Source of the DNA: Chiloscyllium plagiosum
Taxonomy: Eukaryota
Direction: 5' to 3'
DNA: 39,835 nt
NCBI RefSeq assembly: GCF_004010195.1
Contig: NC_057756.1
Coordinates: 3,040,776-3,080,610, forward strand
The stretch's first letter is position 1; every line of letters starts with the position of its first letter. The translations under genes were made by a program, and so were the position numbers. Positions 1 through 13,369 of this stretch are shown here, piece after piece. Below the pieces are notes generated by a model. The model worked only from the letters and a program-made list of their open reading frames with translations, did not search any database and was not told the origin of the DNA.

Positions 1-868
1 GGCATGCGAAGATCAACTGGCAGATGTGTTCTAGGACATCTTCAAACTCTCCCAGCAGCAGGCTATTGTCCCTGTTTCAGGCGGTCCAACATCAACCCTT
101 GGCCTCAGAAGACTCATGCTACATGTCTCAATTACTACTGCACAGCCGCCCTAACTTTAATAATCATGAATTGCTTTGAAAGGCTGGTCGTGTCATTAAT
201 CAACTCCAGCGTCTCCACTACTCTTGACCACTCTAACTTGTCTACAGGACCAAAGGTTCCACGTCAGATGCCGTACCACTCGCCCTTCCCTGCTTCCTAG
301 AATATCTTGACATCAAAAACAACAACCTAAGGACCCTGCTTATTGAGTACAGTTCAATCTTTAATACTATTACACCTTCAATACTGATTAATGAATTTAG
401 CAATCTCGGACTAAGCCCCACTGTGTGCAACTGGATCCTCACTTTGCTGACACACAGGCCTCAATCAGTGAAGACTGGGGCAATACCTCATGATCACTAA
501 CACTCACAAATGGAGCCCTCTTCAACACTGCGTACTCAGTCACCTACTGTACTCACTGTATAACCATGATTGCGACGCCAAATACCAGACTAACGTCATT
601 TACAAGTTCCCTTATGACTCCGCCCTCGTCGGTCGAATCTCAGATGGCGACGAAACAGATAGCAGACGGGAGGGGGAAGACTTGTAAAAATGGTGCACTA
701 GAACAACCCAGCTGTCAATGCCGGCAAAACCAAGGAAAGCATTATTAACTTTTTATGGGATATTATTCATGACCCTCTACACATTAAAATCACAAAAGTT
801 AAATGAGTCGTTTGTGTCAAGCTGCTGGGAGTGATCATCCACAACAATCTTTCTTGGGCTCTTCATGT
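1..868 (+). mobile_element. Decayed Rex1/Babar-type non-LTR retrotransposon, RT region
   Basis: Frameshifted RT motifs: TCLNYYCTAALTLIIMNCFERLV (cf. LNDYRPVALTxxxMKCFERLV) and QHCVLSHLLYSLYNHDC...YKFPYDSALVGRISDGDE (cf. QGCVLSPLLYSLYTHDC...KFADDTTVVGLIS). Confidence 0.85.
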
Positions 869-1112
869 GGGCGCACTAGTTACGGTGGCACAGTGGATAG
901 TGCTAGTGCCTCACAAGTCTAGAGCGGGTTCAATTCCCGCCTCAGGCAACAGTCGGTATGTAGTTTGCACAATCTCCCTGTGTCTGCGTGGGTTTCCTCC
1001 GGGTGCTCCGGTTTCCTTCCACATTCTAAAAATGTGCAGGTTAGGTGAATTGGCCATGCTAAATTGCCCGTAGTGTTAGGTGAAGGGGTAAATGTAGGGG
1101 AACGTGATCTGG
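869..1112 (+). mobile_element. tRNA-derived V-type SINE (HE1-like), older 3'-truncated copy
   Basis: A box TGGCACAGTGG, B box GGTTCAATTCC and core TGTCTGCGTGGGTTTCCTCCGGGTGCTCCGGTTTCC; similar to the copy at 38886-39220. Confidence 0.9.
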
Positions 1113-1159
1113 GCCTCGCACTCCAATCAGCATTTGATTAAAATCCTTCGTTGTCATTG

Positions 1160-1850
1160 AGACATGTTTTGGTATTTTTTCTTGGTTTATCGTTGTGATC
1201 TACCAAGTGAGGATTTATCCAATCTGTCACGAAAGATGGAATTCCAAACTTTGACTCCCACAGGATTGAAGGAACGGCGATTTCTTTGCAACTGAGGACT
1301 GTAAATGGATTGGAAGGGAAATTCAAGATGATCATGTACCCATATATCTTCTGGCCTTTCCATTTCGATGAAAGTGCTTCTATATTTGGTAGATACTGTC
1401 TGAGAATCGTTGTTGAAGTTCTGCAGTAACTCTTCTGAATAGCGTACATGACTGTCACTAACCATTCGTGATGGTTCGGGTGAAGTATCTCGAATATGCT
1501 ACTATTCGAGTGGTTTGCGCTTTTGTGAATGGTGCCAACTACTGAACTATTGTTGGAGATGCACCCAGGCATGAAATTGTGAGTTATTCCCACACGCTGG
1601 CGCGTTGCATCTTGTCAATGGTGGACAGACATCGGGGAGTCACGTTGCAAGTTACTTGTCGTGGTATTCCAATTTCTGACTAGTTCCTGTAGGCGTTGTA
1701 TTGAAATGACGAGTCCAGTGGAATTACTGGTCAACGGAATGCATAGGAACATTGATAGTGAGGGTTTCAGTGATGAGCATATCATTGAGTTTCACGGACT
1801 GTTGATTAAATTGATCATAGTAATTGGTGATGTCTATGGCTATGGCGAAT
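1160..1850 (-). mobile_element. Decayed CR1/L2-group LINE, ORF2 C-terminus and 3' end
   Basis: Minus-strand translations (..YAIQKSYCRTSTTILRQYLPN.., ..RRSFNPVGVKVWNS..) resemble LINE ORF2 C-terminal motifs; same family as 23405-24290 and 31190-31480. Confidence 0.7.
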
Positions 1851-2016
1851 TTGTTGATAACAGTTTTCTTCTTGCATGCATGGTTATTCTTCCCTCTTTG
1901 ACGTTCAGTATTCATTTGAATTTCAGAGCTGGTACAAAAAATTGAAGGAAGAAAAGTGGTAATCCTACTTGTCTTTGGTTCTATTATCAATTTCTTTTTC
2001 ATTCGTTTCTCAACAG

Positions 2017-2043
2017 AACTTCAAGATCTTCTGCAAAAGACCA
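2017..2043 (+). CDS. 27-nt phase-1 microexon, (E)LQDLLQKT
   Basis: tttctttttcattcgtttctcaacag|AACTTCAAGATCTTCTGCAAAAGACCA|gtaagt; strong polypyrimidine tract and consensus donor. Confidence 0.75.
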
Positions 2044-3276
2044 GTAAGTGTTTGTATTCATTCTTTTAAAATGGTAACATCTAAAGTACCTGGCAACGTT
2101 GGTGGAGACAAATGGTGGGATTTCATATTGCATGTCTAATATGTACATGAGAAACATTGTTTGATATGATCTTAGTTTACATAAGCGATGCCAGTCAACG
2201 TTACACTATGGCAAACCTATGAGTATCAGAAAAAAAAACATTCCTCGAATCGTGTATTCTTCCAAAATTGCAGATCAAATCACTTGAATACTTTAAAGTT
2301 CCAGGACTATTCTGAAGTACCTTGTAGGCGTTGGCAACTTTTAAAAGTTACCCAGTTTTGATCAGGTATTAATAGACAGTGGATATTGGTAAATTAATAC
2401 GTATGAAAATACTGCTTATGTTTGAATTGCACACCTGATGTTTTCAGAATACAAGAAGTGAGGAAACTCCCATTGACATAATCAGAAATATTAAAGAACC
2501 AGGCTAGATTCAGAAAAAAAAACTTGGTTATTTGTATTGTCGAGTTTACCTTTGTATGGAGCTTCTTACATTCACGTGACAAATGAACAATGAGAACAAA
2601 GTGAAATAATTTAATCTCGTACAATTGTAACGATTCATCGTTACACATCTCCTGTATATTTTTTGTACTGTAACAATGAGCTCAAGGAGTCAACTACATA
2701 TACAAAATGAATTCAAAAGAATAACGAACAAGATGAGATGAATCTGTGAGATTAGACGAGTGAAATTGAAACAATTTAGCAGTTACGTTCCAAAAACGTA
2801 ATGGCACATGCTACACAGGGTTTGGTCGTCAAGGTAATTGCTTTTTAGGCATCGTAGGGAACATAGACTTCATTATCATCAGATCTGGATATTAACATTG
2901 CAAATGCTTAATGTAAGCAAAGAAAAAGAGAATGTGAATGAAAGAGCATACCATCGTTAACAGCTGCAAATACTTCAGTCAGTTTGGAAATGAAGGGAAA
3001 AGCTTTGACATTGCCTCTGTCGCAAAGTTTGTCAACCATCGTACTGAAAAATCCACTTTGATTACTTTGGCAGCCAGCCGAGGATTGGAAGCAAGGAAAT
3101 ATATGTTTGAAGTATATGCACATTATTTAAACCTGCCTTGTTTCCTTCAGTTATACTTCGTCTGTCAAAGCAAAAGTAGTTATGTACAGTCTCAGCAAAA
3201 AACATTCAATTTATTTGTTCTCAAAGGAAACATTACAGCTATGGACTGTTTCGCCAGTACCAAACGTCGCTATAAT

Positions 3277-3332
3277 CTTTCTTCTCCTTCGTCTTCTTCT
3301 TCTCGTCCTCCTCCTCCTCCTCCTCCACCTCT
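3277..3332. repeat. (TCT/CCT)n trinucleotide microsatellite
   Basis: cttcttcttctcgtcctcctcctcctcctcctccacct; explains the poly-S/poly-P stretch in ORF 2938..3441. Confidence 0.9.
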
Positions 3333-3410
3333 TCAATATTGTTACCAGAAAAAAAAAGTTGAGCTGCATTTCCTGTCACTGATACATTGCACGCTGTGCT
3401 CATTCCACAG

Positions 3411-3437
3411 TGAAGACATTGTTCGAGAAAGAGACTG
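3411..3437 (+). CDS. 27-nt phase-1 microexon, (M)KTLFEKET
   Basis: gctgtgctcattccacag|TGAAGACATTGTTCGAGAAAGAGACTG|gtaagt; phase 0 begins with a stop, phase 1 is open. Confidence 0.75.
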
Positions 3438-4859
3438 GTAAGTGCCGCTGTATCTGAGGATTCAGAGTGTTTGTCAAGATAAATGTCAAATCATTGTCAA
3501 ATGTTTTCATCTGCAACTGTAAGTCGCGTATTTAAACTGTTTTTGCAAAATATTTCTCCTACAAATTTGGAGCAATTGGGTCATCTGAAATATCAAACCA
3601 TTGATAGTCATTTATTGCTTAACACTCTGCACGCGTGATGTACATATTTTATAATTACAGAGGACAGTATTGCCTTCACCATAATTCTTTCTAAATTTAC
3701 CAACTCCAATAGCACTTCAAAGCAGTTAACTATGACTTGCTTCCGACAAATGTTTAAATGGTTTAGAATTTGCAGTTTGTACCTTAACAGGAGGTTAAAC
3801 CAAAACCATCCTTGCCAGTTCTGAATTCTGATGTATATGAACAGGTCAGTCTGTTCAAGGGTTGTGTGACCTGATAAGCAAACGAGTTTCAAATGAAAGA
3901 CAGAAATTATTATATCCTTTTTTGGCAAACAATGTTATTTAAGACTATACATTTCAAGCCATTACATATTTTTGTGTGAATCAGCGCATTCAAATTCACA
4001 AAAAATATTTCACTCTCATGAGAGACGATAGCACTTTTGCGACTTATATAAAGACAAGTGAACCTACTCAGGGTTTCTACATCTTTTTTCAAATCTCACA
4101 AACAACTAAATCCTGAAACACAGTATGCAGCAAGTTATGAACAAAATGTTAACAAGATCAGAACAACATTAATCAATAAAAAAAATAATCCAGCTATGCT
4201 TTAACAAATGCATTTTTGAGCTAGATTCACTTAAAGGACAGAGAAAAAAGAAACCGTGAAAGACTAAGTAAACGTAAAGCAAATCCTTTTGCTTCCACAT
4301 TAAGGAAATATCATTCATGTCGAATTATTCCACAGGTAGCAGTTATGATTTCCTAGTAATATTTCCGAAGGTGTTGATCATCGTCATCCTTGCAGTTCAT
4401 TGAAGAAAATACCTGAAATCGTTACTTAGTTTTATATTCTCTGAGCTTTTATCCATTGCTAATTGGAGTTTCGGACGAATGATTTCAATTCTTCCTGCAG
4501 TTACATCAACAGTTAAACAAATTCGTTATGGACAGCACAGTCCAAACGCAGTTCAATCTCGGAACACTACCTGTCACACTGACTGGCTCTTCCATCAGTT
4601 TCCAGTCATCATTCAGCTGTTGTGATCTATGAGAAAATAATGCATTCTTTCCGCAACAAATTCCCATGAACTACCCCTTCTCGTAGCTCACTTCTACTTT
4701 CTCCCAAACGTAAGTCTCTCCTCCATAACAAAGATTATGTGGAAAGTATAAATTCAAAGTAAAACTGCAGGTAACCTCTAAGCCTGTTGACAACAATAAA
4801 GTGATTTGGCAGTGCCAGTGTGCACTAGGGTGGACAAAGTAAAGTAGTACAACAGCACT

Positions 4860-5795
4860 TTATAGTCCCACAGGATTATTTGAAAGTATGAACTTTCGAG
4901 GCTCTGGGATAACCAGCAACTAAATGTGGTGGAGCAGAGTTTGATTTCAAAATTAGTATCCATGGGGATGGCATCAACCATGATCTTGGATTCATATCAT
5001 TCGACAGGTAATGCCACTGAACTGTACATACTCTTACAAACACCCAAATAAACACACTTTACGACATGCTCACACAGTCACACGACTCTCCCTCATGTAC
5101 AAGCTCTCTCTATCATATGCACGAACATGAAGCCCCGCACTCACGTCCACGCACGCGCCCTCCCACTCACAGGCTTATATTATATCACACACACACGTAC
5201 TTGACCAAGCTTACTTTCACACATACACGCATTCTTTTGCATTCACTCACACCTACAGACATGCAAACATATGCACGCACAATGTGTCTATCCCATGTAG
5301 TGCTCCTCTCCTGCAAGTACACACATATAAGTTTATAGGGTGAATTTGTATTTGCAGAATTACATTTTATTTTGCTCAAAACTGCATAAGTCCATGTAAG
5401 ATTCTATATGTCCCACTTTAGAAATAGAAACAGTTTAACTCAACATTGGGACACAGACAAACGTTAACTTCATATCTTTAATAAATTGTCTGAGCTGAGT
5501 TGGCACCTATTGTAAGAAAAGCTGAATCTATCTTGAGAATGTAACAAAAGGAATTCTGAGGTTGACATAATGAAGAACAGAAACGAGTTTATGCTATTCT
5601 AAAAGATTAAAGACAAATCTAAATTTGCTTAATATCCCATCACAGGTCCTTGACACTTTTACCTTTTAGCGATAAATTCTCTGTCTCGTGGTCCTGTTCC
5701 ACAACCATCTGATGAAGAGGCAGCGCTTCGAAAGCTAGAGCTTCCAAATAAACCTGTTGGACTATAACTTTGTGTTGAGTGATTTTTTAAACTCA
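4860..5795 (+). mobile_element. Penelope-like element 3' portion (end of GIY-YIG ORF, CA-rich tract, terminal repeat with hammerhead motif)
   Basis: Decayed ORF end resembling EQRLIAKFGTHEDGLNRDLGF near 4931-5010, a CA-rich tract, and the terminus CTGATGAAGAGGCAGCGCTTCGAAAGCTAG...AATAAACCTGTTGGACTATAAC; related to 33241-35030. Confidence 0.75.
5706..5740 (+). ncRNA. Minimal type-I hammerhead ribozyme motif (stem I degenerate)
   Basis: CAT-CTGATGA-A-GAGGC(AGC)GCTTC-GAAA-GCTA-GAG: CUGANGA and GAAA core, 5-bp stem II, palindromic AGCT at stem III. Confidence 0.6.
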
Positions 5796-7739
5796 TGAAT
5801 AAAGAATATGCTACATTTTTTTCTCATTTTAACACAAGCTGTTAGTCACAATTCAGAAGTCATATTTAGCGCACAGTTTCTTGTTGGCTGTGCCAAACCG
5901 AAATTACTTAAAGCAACAATGATTCTGAAAATGATTTAAAACAACACTTCCTGATTAGAACACGTGTTTTAGAACACAACTCGCATGTGTTTCTTTGAAT
6001 TGTAGTACATTGCATCTTGAAATAGGTATTGCAAACAGCGATATCACCAGTGAAATATTCACCTGCAGATGTATCGAAACACATGACCACTTAAGAAATT
6101 TCAGATATTTTTCCGTCGTGTATACTTGAACATGGAGATAAGAGATTAATTCTAGTAATTACAATTGCAATCTAATGATCTGGGCAGTCATTGAAATGAT
6201 TGCTTTATTTATCAAAGCAAACACTGAACGTCTTCTCCTTACTGAACGTAGTACAAATGCATATTTGTAGATGAACGGAATATGGTAGGCATTAGATCTT
6301 TCCTGGAAGTAGGTTCTACCGGAAACTTCAAATAATTTGTGAAAATTAGAATACAATAAAATTGACCAAAGTAATCAAGTACTTCATGGTGTTTCAATAA
6401 GCTTCAATTTTTGCAACAAGCATGCTGCAAGTCAGAGCACTGTTAAGTTCCGAATGGAACAGTTTTATAACGAGCAGGATGTTGTTAAAATAATACATCA
6501 AGACAGCAGGGAATATTTTGAAAATAAGACACAAAATTGAAAAATATTTTTATGATGAGGACGCTGAGATCGAGTTCGACTGACATTTGAGCAAGAATCT
6601 TTCTTCAGAAACTGTTTTTCCATATAACTGAGTGTTTTAAAATACTTTTGATATAGTAGGACCAGCTTTGTGAGTAATTTTAATGCAGACAACATAGAAG
6701 ATAGAACGCCATTCGGGTTATCATATCTATTACGACCATGATGCAATTCAAAACTTGATGTACTTCCTCATTATCCACAAATTAAGCAATGGTCTTTCAT
6801 CTGCAAACGTTCTGTGCAAACCACCTAATTCATTCATATATTGCAAAACAATAGAGGTTTCAACCTTAAATCGTGGTAACCTTAAACAGAATACCACCGG
6901 TGGTACAAATCCAGTCACTATCTCAAATCTGACAGATTTATGTCAATTAACATGAAGCAATTTTGAATCCAATTTGTCAAATTATCGTGGAAATACCGTG
7001 ACATCAGCTACTGGAACAGCTTATCATAATGATCCTTATCAATCATTCTTGAAAGTTCCATGTGGACAACATTCACTGTTCTACCCTCGTGAAATATTTT
7101 TAGCATTTCCTGGAGAAATGCAAGCAAGTTGTGAAACAGGGCACACCCACTAAAAGCTAGGGGGACTGTTCACGTTAATTCTATTCTTTTGCAAATGCAA
7201 GTACATACTGCCCTTAAGAAACTCCTTCAAACGTTTGGGGCTGTTACTAATGCAAGACTGAGTGCATTATGTTTTTTTTTAATTTTATTTATGCTGATCT
7301 TTGCAAGGAAAGTGACAGCATTAACAATTTCGTCGGATTCTGAATAAGCCTGCACTTAAACAGGATACAAGCAACCCATCATGCGTCAGAAATCTTCCCA
7401 CTTACTTCCCTCTGTGTAATGGAATAGATCCTATCAGGCCTGATGATTTTTCCACCTTAATATGTTTCAAGACTGCGAAAATCACCTTGTCAATTGATGT
7501 GCCTTAGAATATGAGCATGCACTATCTTAATCCTAACATCACCCTTGACCTTCTCCTTCACAAGTTCTGATGCAAAGTATTCCTTAAGGACCTTGCACAC
7601 TTCACTTGACGAATGAGCAACGATTCTGAAGTTTGTGATTTCAAATTTACCGTTTGTACTTTCACCTGGTGTGTGTTCTGGACAGTGTTGTCGAGAAAAG
7701 GATCGATGGGGTTCAGATACATAATTCCTTGAAAGTGGA

Positions 7740-8500
7740 TCTGCAGCATGATGGGGAGAGAAGAAGGTCTTTGGCACTTTTACCCTCATTAATCAGTGCA
7801 ACGACTGTACGTGTTGGAATGTCATATTCTGGCTGAAAAGCTGTGAGTGAATCCAATCTTGGAATATTACATTCAATCCCGGTCTCCCGGCTGTACAAAA
7901 GTTATTCAGAAAAGATATACTAGTGTTGAGCTGCATTGAAAATTCCATCCCCACCCTTTCTTTTTCTGCATTTCCCTTTCGACCCACTGCCAGTTCTGAA
8001 AAAGGGTTCCAGCTGAAATATAAACTTCTCTATCTCCTGATACTGACTTGCTTACTCGGTTCTTCAATCTATATGGAGCGGCTGTTGAAGCTCAGTCTAT
8101 TTTCAATCGAGATTCGAAGACTAAGGTCACCTTTAAAGGGTATATACTTAAGAGAAGCATGGATGGCATCATTAACTGAGGTTTTCCTCCTCCAGGATAG
8201 TGGAGTCCAAAGCTTTAGGGCACAGCTTTAAGGTGAAATGGGAAAGATTTAAAAAGGCATGTAAGGGTAACTTTCTCACGCAAAGAGTGGTGCAGTTAAG
8301 GAATGAACTGCCCGAGTAACTGGTGTAGACCAGTACAAGAACAACATTGTAAAGGTGTCTGGTCGGGTACACGGTAAAAAAGAGGTTAGAGGAATATGGC
8401 CAAATTCCGCCAAATGCATCTCGGTTAACTTCGGAAATGTCGTCAGCATGCACGAGTTGGAGTGAAGGTTCTTTTATTCGTGCATTAGAACTCTACGAAA
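7740..8500 (+). mobile_element. Decayed CR1-type LINE 3' end, interrupted at about 7945-8065 by a Penelope-type terminal fragment
   Basis: CR1-like gggcacagctttaaggtgaaatgggaaagatttaaaaagg...ggtaactttctcacgcaaagagtggtg and 3' UTR; homologous by eye to the reverse complement of 20985-21300. Confidence 0.7.
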
Positions 8501-9094
8501 CAATGACTGCATGATGTGTATCATTCCGCTTCAGATATACGCTTCTTCCAAACAAGGAAGGATGTGATTAATCCTGGTCATCAGATAAAACACGGCCATC
8601 TTTGATCAAGCTTATATGAAGTATTAAATGTGTATATTCGTTGTAATTGTATTTTGCAGTCCCATTTATGAATGCTACATTCTTAATAAGTAGATTCAAA
8701 ACGGATGTCGTGAATACTTCATGTCTACTTTTTAATGCAGTCCTTGACATTGCACAAAAGTGTTCAATTAAAATCAGTTATATAGGATGAAGGTCGCAAA
8801 TAGTGCTATTCCAGCGCTGTGTTCTGGTCCCTTACAAATATCACATTAGTCGTCAAACTGATCTTAATGGTCAGAACAATTCTAATGTATGTCGGCCTAG
8901 AATGTGACTTCTATGGAATAAAATGCTCAGCTATTTGTATTTCGTCACATGACGAATTAACTTCTCACTACAGAACGAAACTTACTGAGCTTACAATTGA
9001 TATGTTAACACTTCAGTTGACAAACCATCATGTGCTGCTGTGACACAAGTGTGCGCCATAATATTGAGTTTGTTTAAAAGTTTAAAGAAAGGCA

Positions 9095-9277
9095 CTAGGT
9101 GAATTGGCCAAGCCAAATCGCCCATAGTGATAAGGGATGTGCAGGTTAGGTGCATTAGTCATGGGAAATGGAAGGTAATAGTGTTGGGGAACGTCTGTAA
9201 GTGTGATACTCTTCAGAGGATCAGTGTGGACCTTTTAGGTCATATGGTCTAATTCCACACCATAAGGATTTTATGAT
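9095..9277 (+). mobile_element. HE1-like SINE 3' half, decayed
   Basis: aggtgaattggccaagccaaatcgcccatagtg...tcagtgtggacctttt...attccacacc matches the 3' half of the 38886 SINE. Confidence 0.75.
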
Positions 9278-10353
9278 GCTGGAATTCATTAATTAATCTA
9301 TAATTTTAAAATAATCATTCAATAGTTATCTGTATTTACACGGAATATCTTAAATAGTACCATGAAGTGAAGTGAAGTGAATAGTCCTATCTTCAAATTA
9401 TTGATAAATTATTACGCACAATTAGAAGCATAGAACAAACATCATATCTAAAGTTAAATCATCTCCGTTTGATTTCATAACTGTTAAAATTATTTGAATC
9501 AATTGCAATCATGTTTGATATTGCCGTATTTGGAATAATATTTCCATCTAAACTGTAGTTATTGATGTGAGGAACGTTAGTTTACACAAAACAAATCATT
9601 CATTCGACACAAGTCGACAGCCGTGTTCCTCAGAATAGAAGTTCATATGTCTGTGATAGATGGGAATTTTGAATTGCTTGAAAGATTGCATAGCTTCTGT
9701 ACTCCATCAAACCACGAAGAATTCCATCCTTTTGGTTTTGCTTTTACTGAGGGAATTGTTGTTTTCTTTTTGGAAATTTGGGAGCTCTGAACTTTCACAG
9801 TTCCTTCGAGACGACTCGAATGCAATAAGGATTACACATTTGAGTCAGCATGTCTGTGGAGTACGACAACTGGTGATCTTCTTTTTCATATAATGTTAAG
9901 AAAGTTTTGGAAGTCTGAAACGGACTTCTCTGATCAAGGCTTTGATTGATTTGAAGTCATGGTAAATATGCTGAAATTGTTTTGATCTCGAAAAAAAATT
10001 GAAAAGTACTGAGTTCGATCACAGAAATACATTAATATCAATTATACGTTTTAGAATATTTTGACAATCATTTTAATTATGATATAAACTTTTACAATTT
10101 TAAATGTGCATTTAGGTGTCATCATTGGAGTCACGTAATAGGGCTCCAAAAGCCTGCATGGACCTTTGTTTCCCTAATTCACATTTCACATTTTCAATTT
10201 ATCTTGGTCCCCTCACGTCTTCTGTGAATTATCAGTCTTCAATTAGTCCTTAATTTCAGCAAATCCGCATTGTGAATCATGCTTTATTAAAGCAAATCAT
10301 TTTTTGCAATTATTGCAAATCACAGCCAACAACACTAAGACTTCCGCCAACCG

Positions 10354-10378
10354 CCCCCTCCCCCCCCCCCCCCCCCCC
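10354..10378. repeat. Poly-C tract (poly-G on minus strand)
   Basis: ccccct followed by a run of 19 C (10360-10378) in AT-rich surroundings. Confidence 0.9.
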
Positions 10379-11997
10379 ACCTCCGCAAGCTTTCCATTGT
10401 CGAATACTTTGTCCATGAAACTTTTCGTTTGCGATTAAAGCATGGCACCAAATCGATTGAAGACAACTACAGTCAGTTATAATTCATTTCTCATCACCCA
10501 AAAATAGGTTTCCGCAATATTAAGCATTAGGCTTATAACATTGCAACAAAACTGCCTTTTTTTGTTGTTTACTACTTTAACTTTAAATAACAGACGAATT
10601 ATAGCATTTGGTACCAGAGTGACCTCTGCAATATATGAGGTAGATGCGAAAAAGTTCTCACAATGAACTGAAATGTTATGCCAGACTAGACGAGTGTGCA
10701 GACGCGATCTTTTCCTGCAAATCTGGATTCTGAACAGTTGTTATTTTATTCTTAAATACTGCATTTTTTGCAATTAATGGAATATGAACACCTTATATAA
10801 ATGAGCATATAGTTTCTGGTGGAACACATGTTCTACTAAGTGACTGAATTAAGAAAATATTGACATGGGTCATTTTTTTTTGTTCGGGCGAAGAGCAGTT
10901 TTTCACAAGTAGTTTCAAAGAACAAAATAACTCTTCTTGAGCAGAGAGACGTTGACAGACTTATGAATAGGGTCGTGCGTAATGCAGAGTAATTACCAAT
11001 GTGAGCACAATTCCAACAATGGCTGAGCATATCGAGAAGTAAATCCTTCTCAAACGTTCGCCTGAGGCGTAGTGCTCATTTGGTTCACCCACAAATCCAA
11101 ATCTCTCTTTCCCTCTCTCTCTCTCTCGCTCTCTGATGAAGGAGCAGCCATATGCTGTGGTAAGAGTATGGTGATTATATCTTTTATATGAACATTAAAA
11201 AACAAAGAGGAAAAAGCATTTCTGAGGAGTTGAAAGAGTGGTATGGAACATGAAAATACGACAATTGCACAGAGCAGGTCGAAATTGACTCGACTGAGGA
11301 CTACCTCATGTTCTATGTTGTGCACGATTAAAAATAACCTTAAAGTTATTTATTAGTGTTCTTCAAGGTGCTGTCAGGTAGGTCTCACACATCTCGAACT
11401 ATTAATCTTGGCCATTGCACAATGAGACAAGCAGCTTAATAGGAGATTCGATGGCAATAGTCACTAGCATTATTCACCTCTCCACAGGTGATAGGAACAT
11501 AATGATGTTATGATTGGATAAATGTTTCTCAATTAATTTTATTCTAAGTGAGCATACGTAGTGATTCACAGCGACAAAAGAAACAATAATCACTCTTTAC
11601 ACAAGACTCAGTATTATCTATTAAGCAATTTTATAAAAGTAACATAAGCGAAATTAATGCATTCTCCCTTTTGAAAAAAAGAGAAAAATCTATTGTCTTC
11701 TGTAATGGAAACAAAAGGATTTGTGGAAACGCGGAAGAGAATTTTTATTTTTGATAATGTTTTTGAATAGTCTGTGAGCATTTAATTGCAGATGGTTCTC
11801 CTCCAGAGAAATATTTCTTTTTGCACACTACATTATTGACTCATAAAATTCTCACCTAATCTAAGTGAGGTGTTGTGTGGCAATTGGATTTGAATACTTT
11901 TGATTTTTAGCAAATTATATGTCCTAAAGGAATGTTTTTACTTTCCAGTTATCCCTTCCGTATATATTACGCTGATTAGCTTGATTTTCGGTTTCAG

Positions 11998-12024
11998 AGT
12001 TACGGAAATTGCACATGGCAAAGG
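11998..12024 (+). CDS. 27-nt phase-1 microexon, (E)LRKLHMAK
   Basis: cttgattttcggtttcag|AGTTACGGAAATTGCACATGGCAAAGG|gtgaga. Confidence 0.75.
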
Positions 12025-13369
12025 GTGAGAAAAAATAATATTATGGGACGTGACTTTCAATTGAAATAATTCTGAATTTTTTTTATAGTTAGTAATATTT
12101 CTTTTCTTTGCTGGAATTTGTAAGAGTCGTATATATTTAAACCTGTGTGCCAGTTTAGAGACTTTGAGCTCTTCTGAGCCAGAAATGCCATTTCAAACGA
12201 CATATAATTACAGCTTTTCCATGATGGGGAGGTAAGGGTTTCATTACTGTTTTCAATCAGTCGCTGACACCCCACCCCAATAATAACTAAAACCAAAATC
12301 CACAAGGAAATTAATCTCGTTATATAGTCTGTAAATTGAGTGTAAAAAGTGTTTTCATCTGAATGTAAGCAACTTGTAGAATTTAAATAAAGTTATTCCC
12401 TCAGAATCACTTTAAAATCAACAAGTAAAATTTGATTAATTTAAGTTTGCAAGTGAACAAATTAACCAAATTATTAACAAACAGAATAAATTCATTCTAA
12501 CTACTAAATATTCTTAAATAGGATGAGATTTTGTTAGTATGCCATTTCAATAAATACAAGTTCCAATTGTATAAAAACAAATAGGATTAATCTCTCGAAA
12601 TTACAGCCAGGTCACATGTTTTCCAGATTTTTTGTGCCTTTACCATCGTTTCTTTTGGCAGAAATGCCTTCTGCACTGAATCGTCTGTCAGGATCATTAA
12701 CGTTTCTTGCCAACGGCGCCACTTGTATTTGAACGGTGCTTTTATTCTAAGACTTAGAGGCTCTTACAGATGGCAGCTAGCTTTGAGGCGTGAAGTTAAT
12801 TGCTCATTTCTTTCCATACTCTTGATTACGTATATGATCCAAAATAGCTTTGTTTATATGTTGTCACAATCATGAGGTTTAAAAATTAGTATTATTTTGG
12901 TATCTTAACACGTGTATCATACTGTTTGGATAATTGGCTTTAAAAAAAACTGCTCTATTGTTTTAAAAAAAACCAAGCTGTTTGGCCTGAGAACTGTCAG
13001 GCCTTTCAGTCTAAATGTTTCAATTCGTGTGCTCTCAGCATTCATGCCCCTGCTGTTCCCATGCATCCATTTGAAGTTTGTAACATAGACAAAGGACATG
13101 ATCGTTCAAATAGACTGCACAATGCTTTTTCCGCTAGCATTTAATATACACCAAATTCTAACTTCCTCCTTACCAGTCCACAGTTATTCTACACTACTTC
13201 AAACTGTCTCCCCATTAAGAAAAAAATGAATTATTGTTACTAAAAGGTGATTCTTTTCTTATAAAGAAACTTAATCATATCCACTGCACATTAATTTTGA
13301 GTGATATTTTAGACTAATTCCATTGACATGCAACTTTGAAAACTAATGTTCTTCCCGAACGTAAATATT

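Noticed and set aside
1927..1958. Exon-like unit tttcag|AGCTGGTACAAAAAATTGAAGGAAGAAAAGTG|gtaatc, (E)LVQKIEGRKV
   Set aside because: 32 nt breaks phase-1 symmetry and leaves only a 58-nt intron; it may be a decayed exon or homopolymer error but cannot be supported.
2938..3441. 167-aa ORF with poly-S/poly-P
   Set aside because: Kept open by a trinucleotide microsatellite; no domain recognisable.
11357..11377. 21-nt candidate exon (FFKVLS) with gtaggt donor
   Set aside because: Poor polypyrimidine tract and a competing internal AG; not distinguishable from chance.
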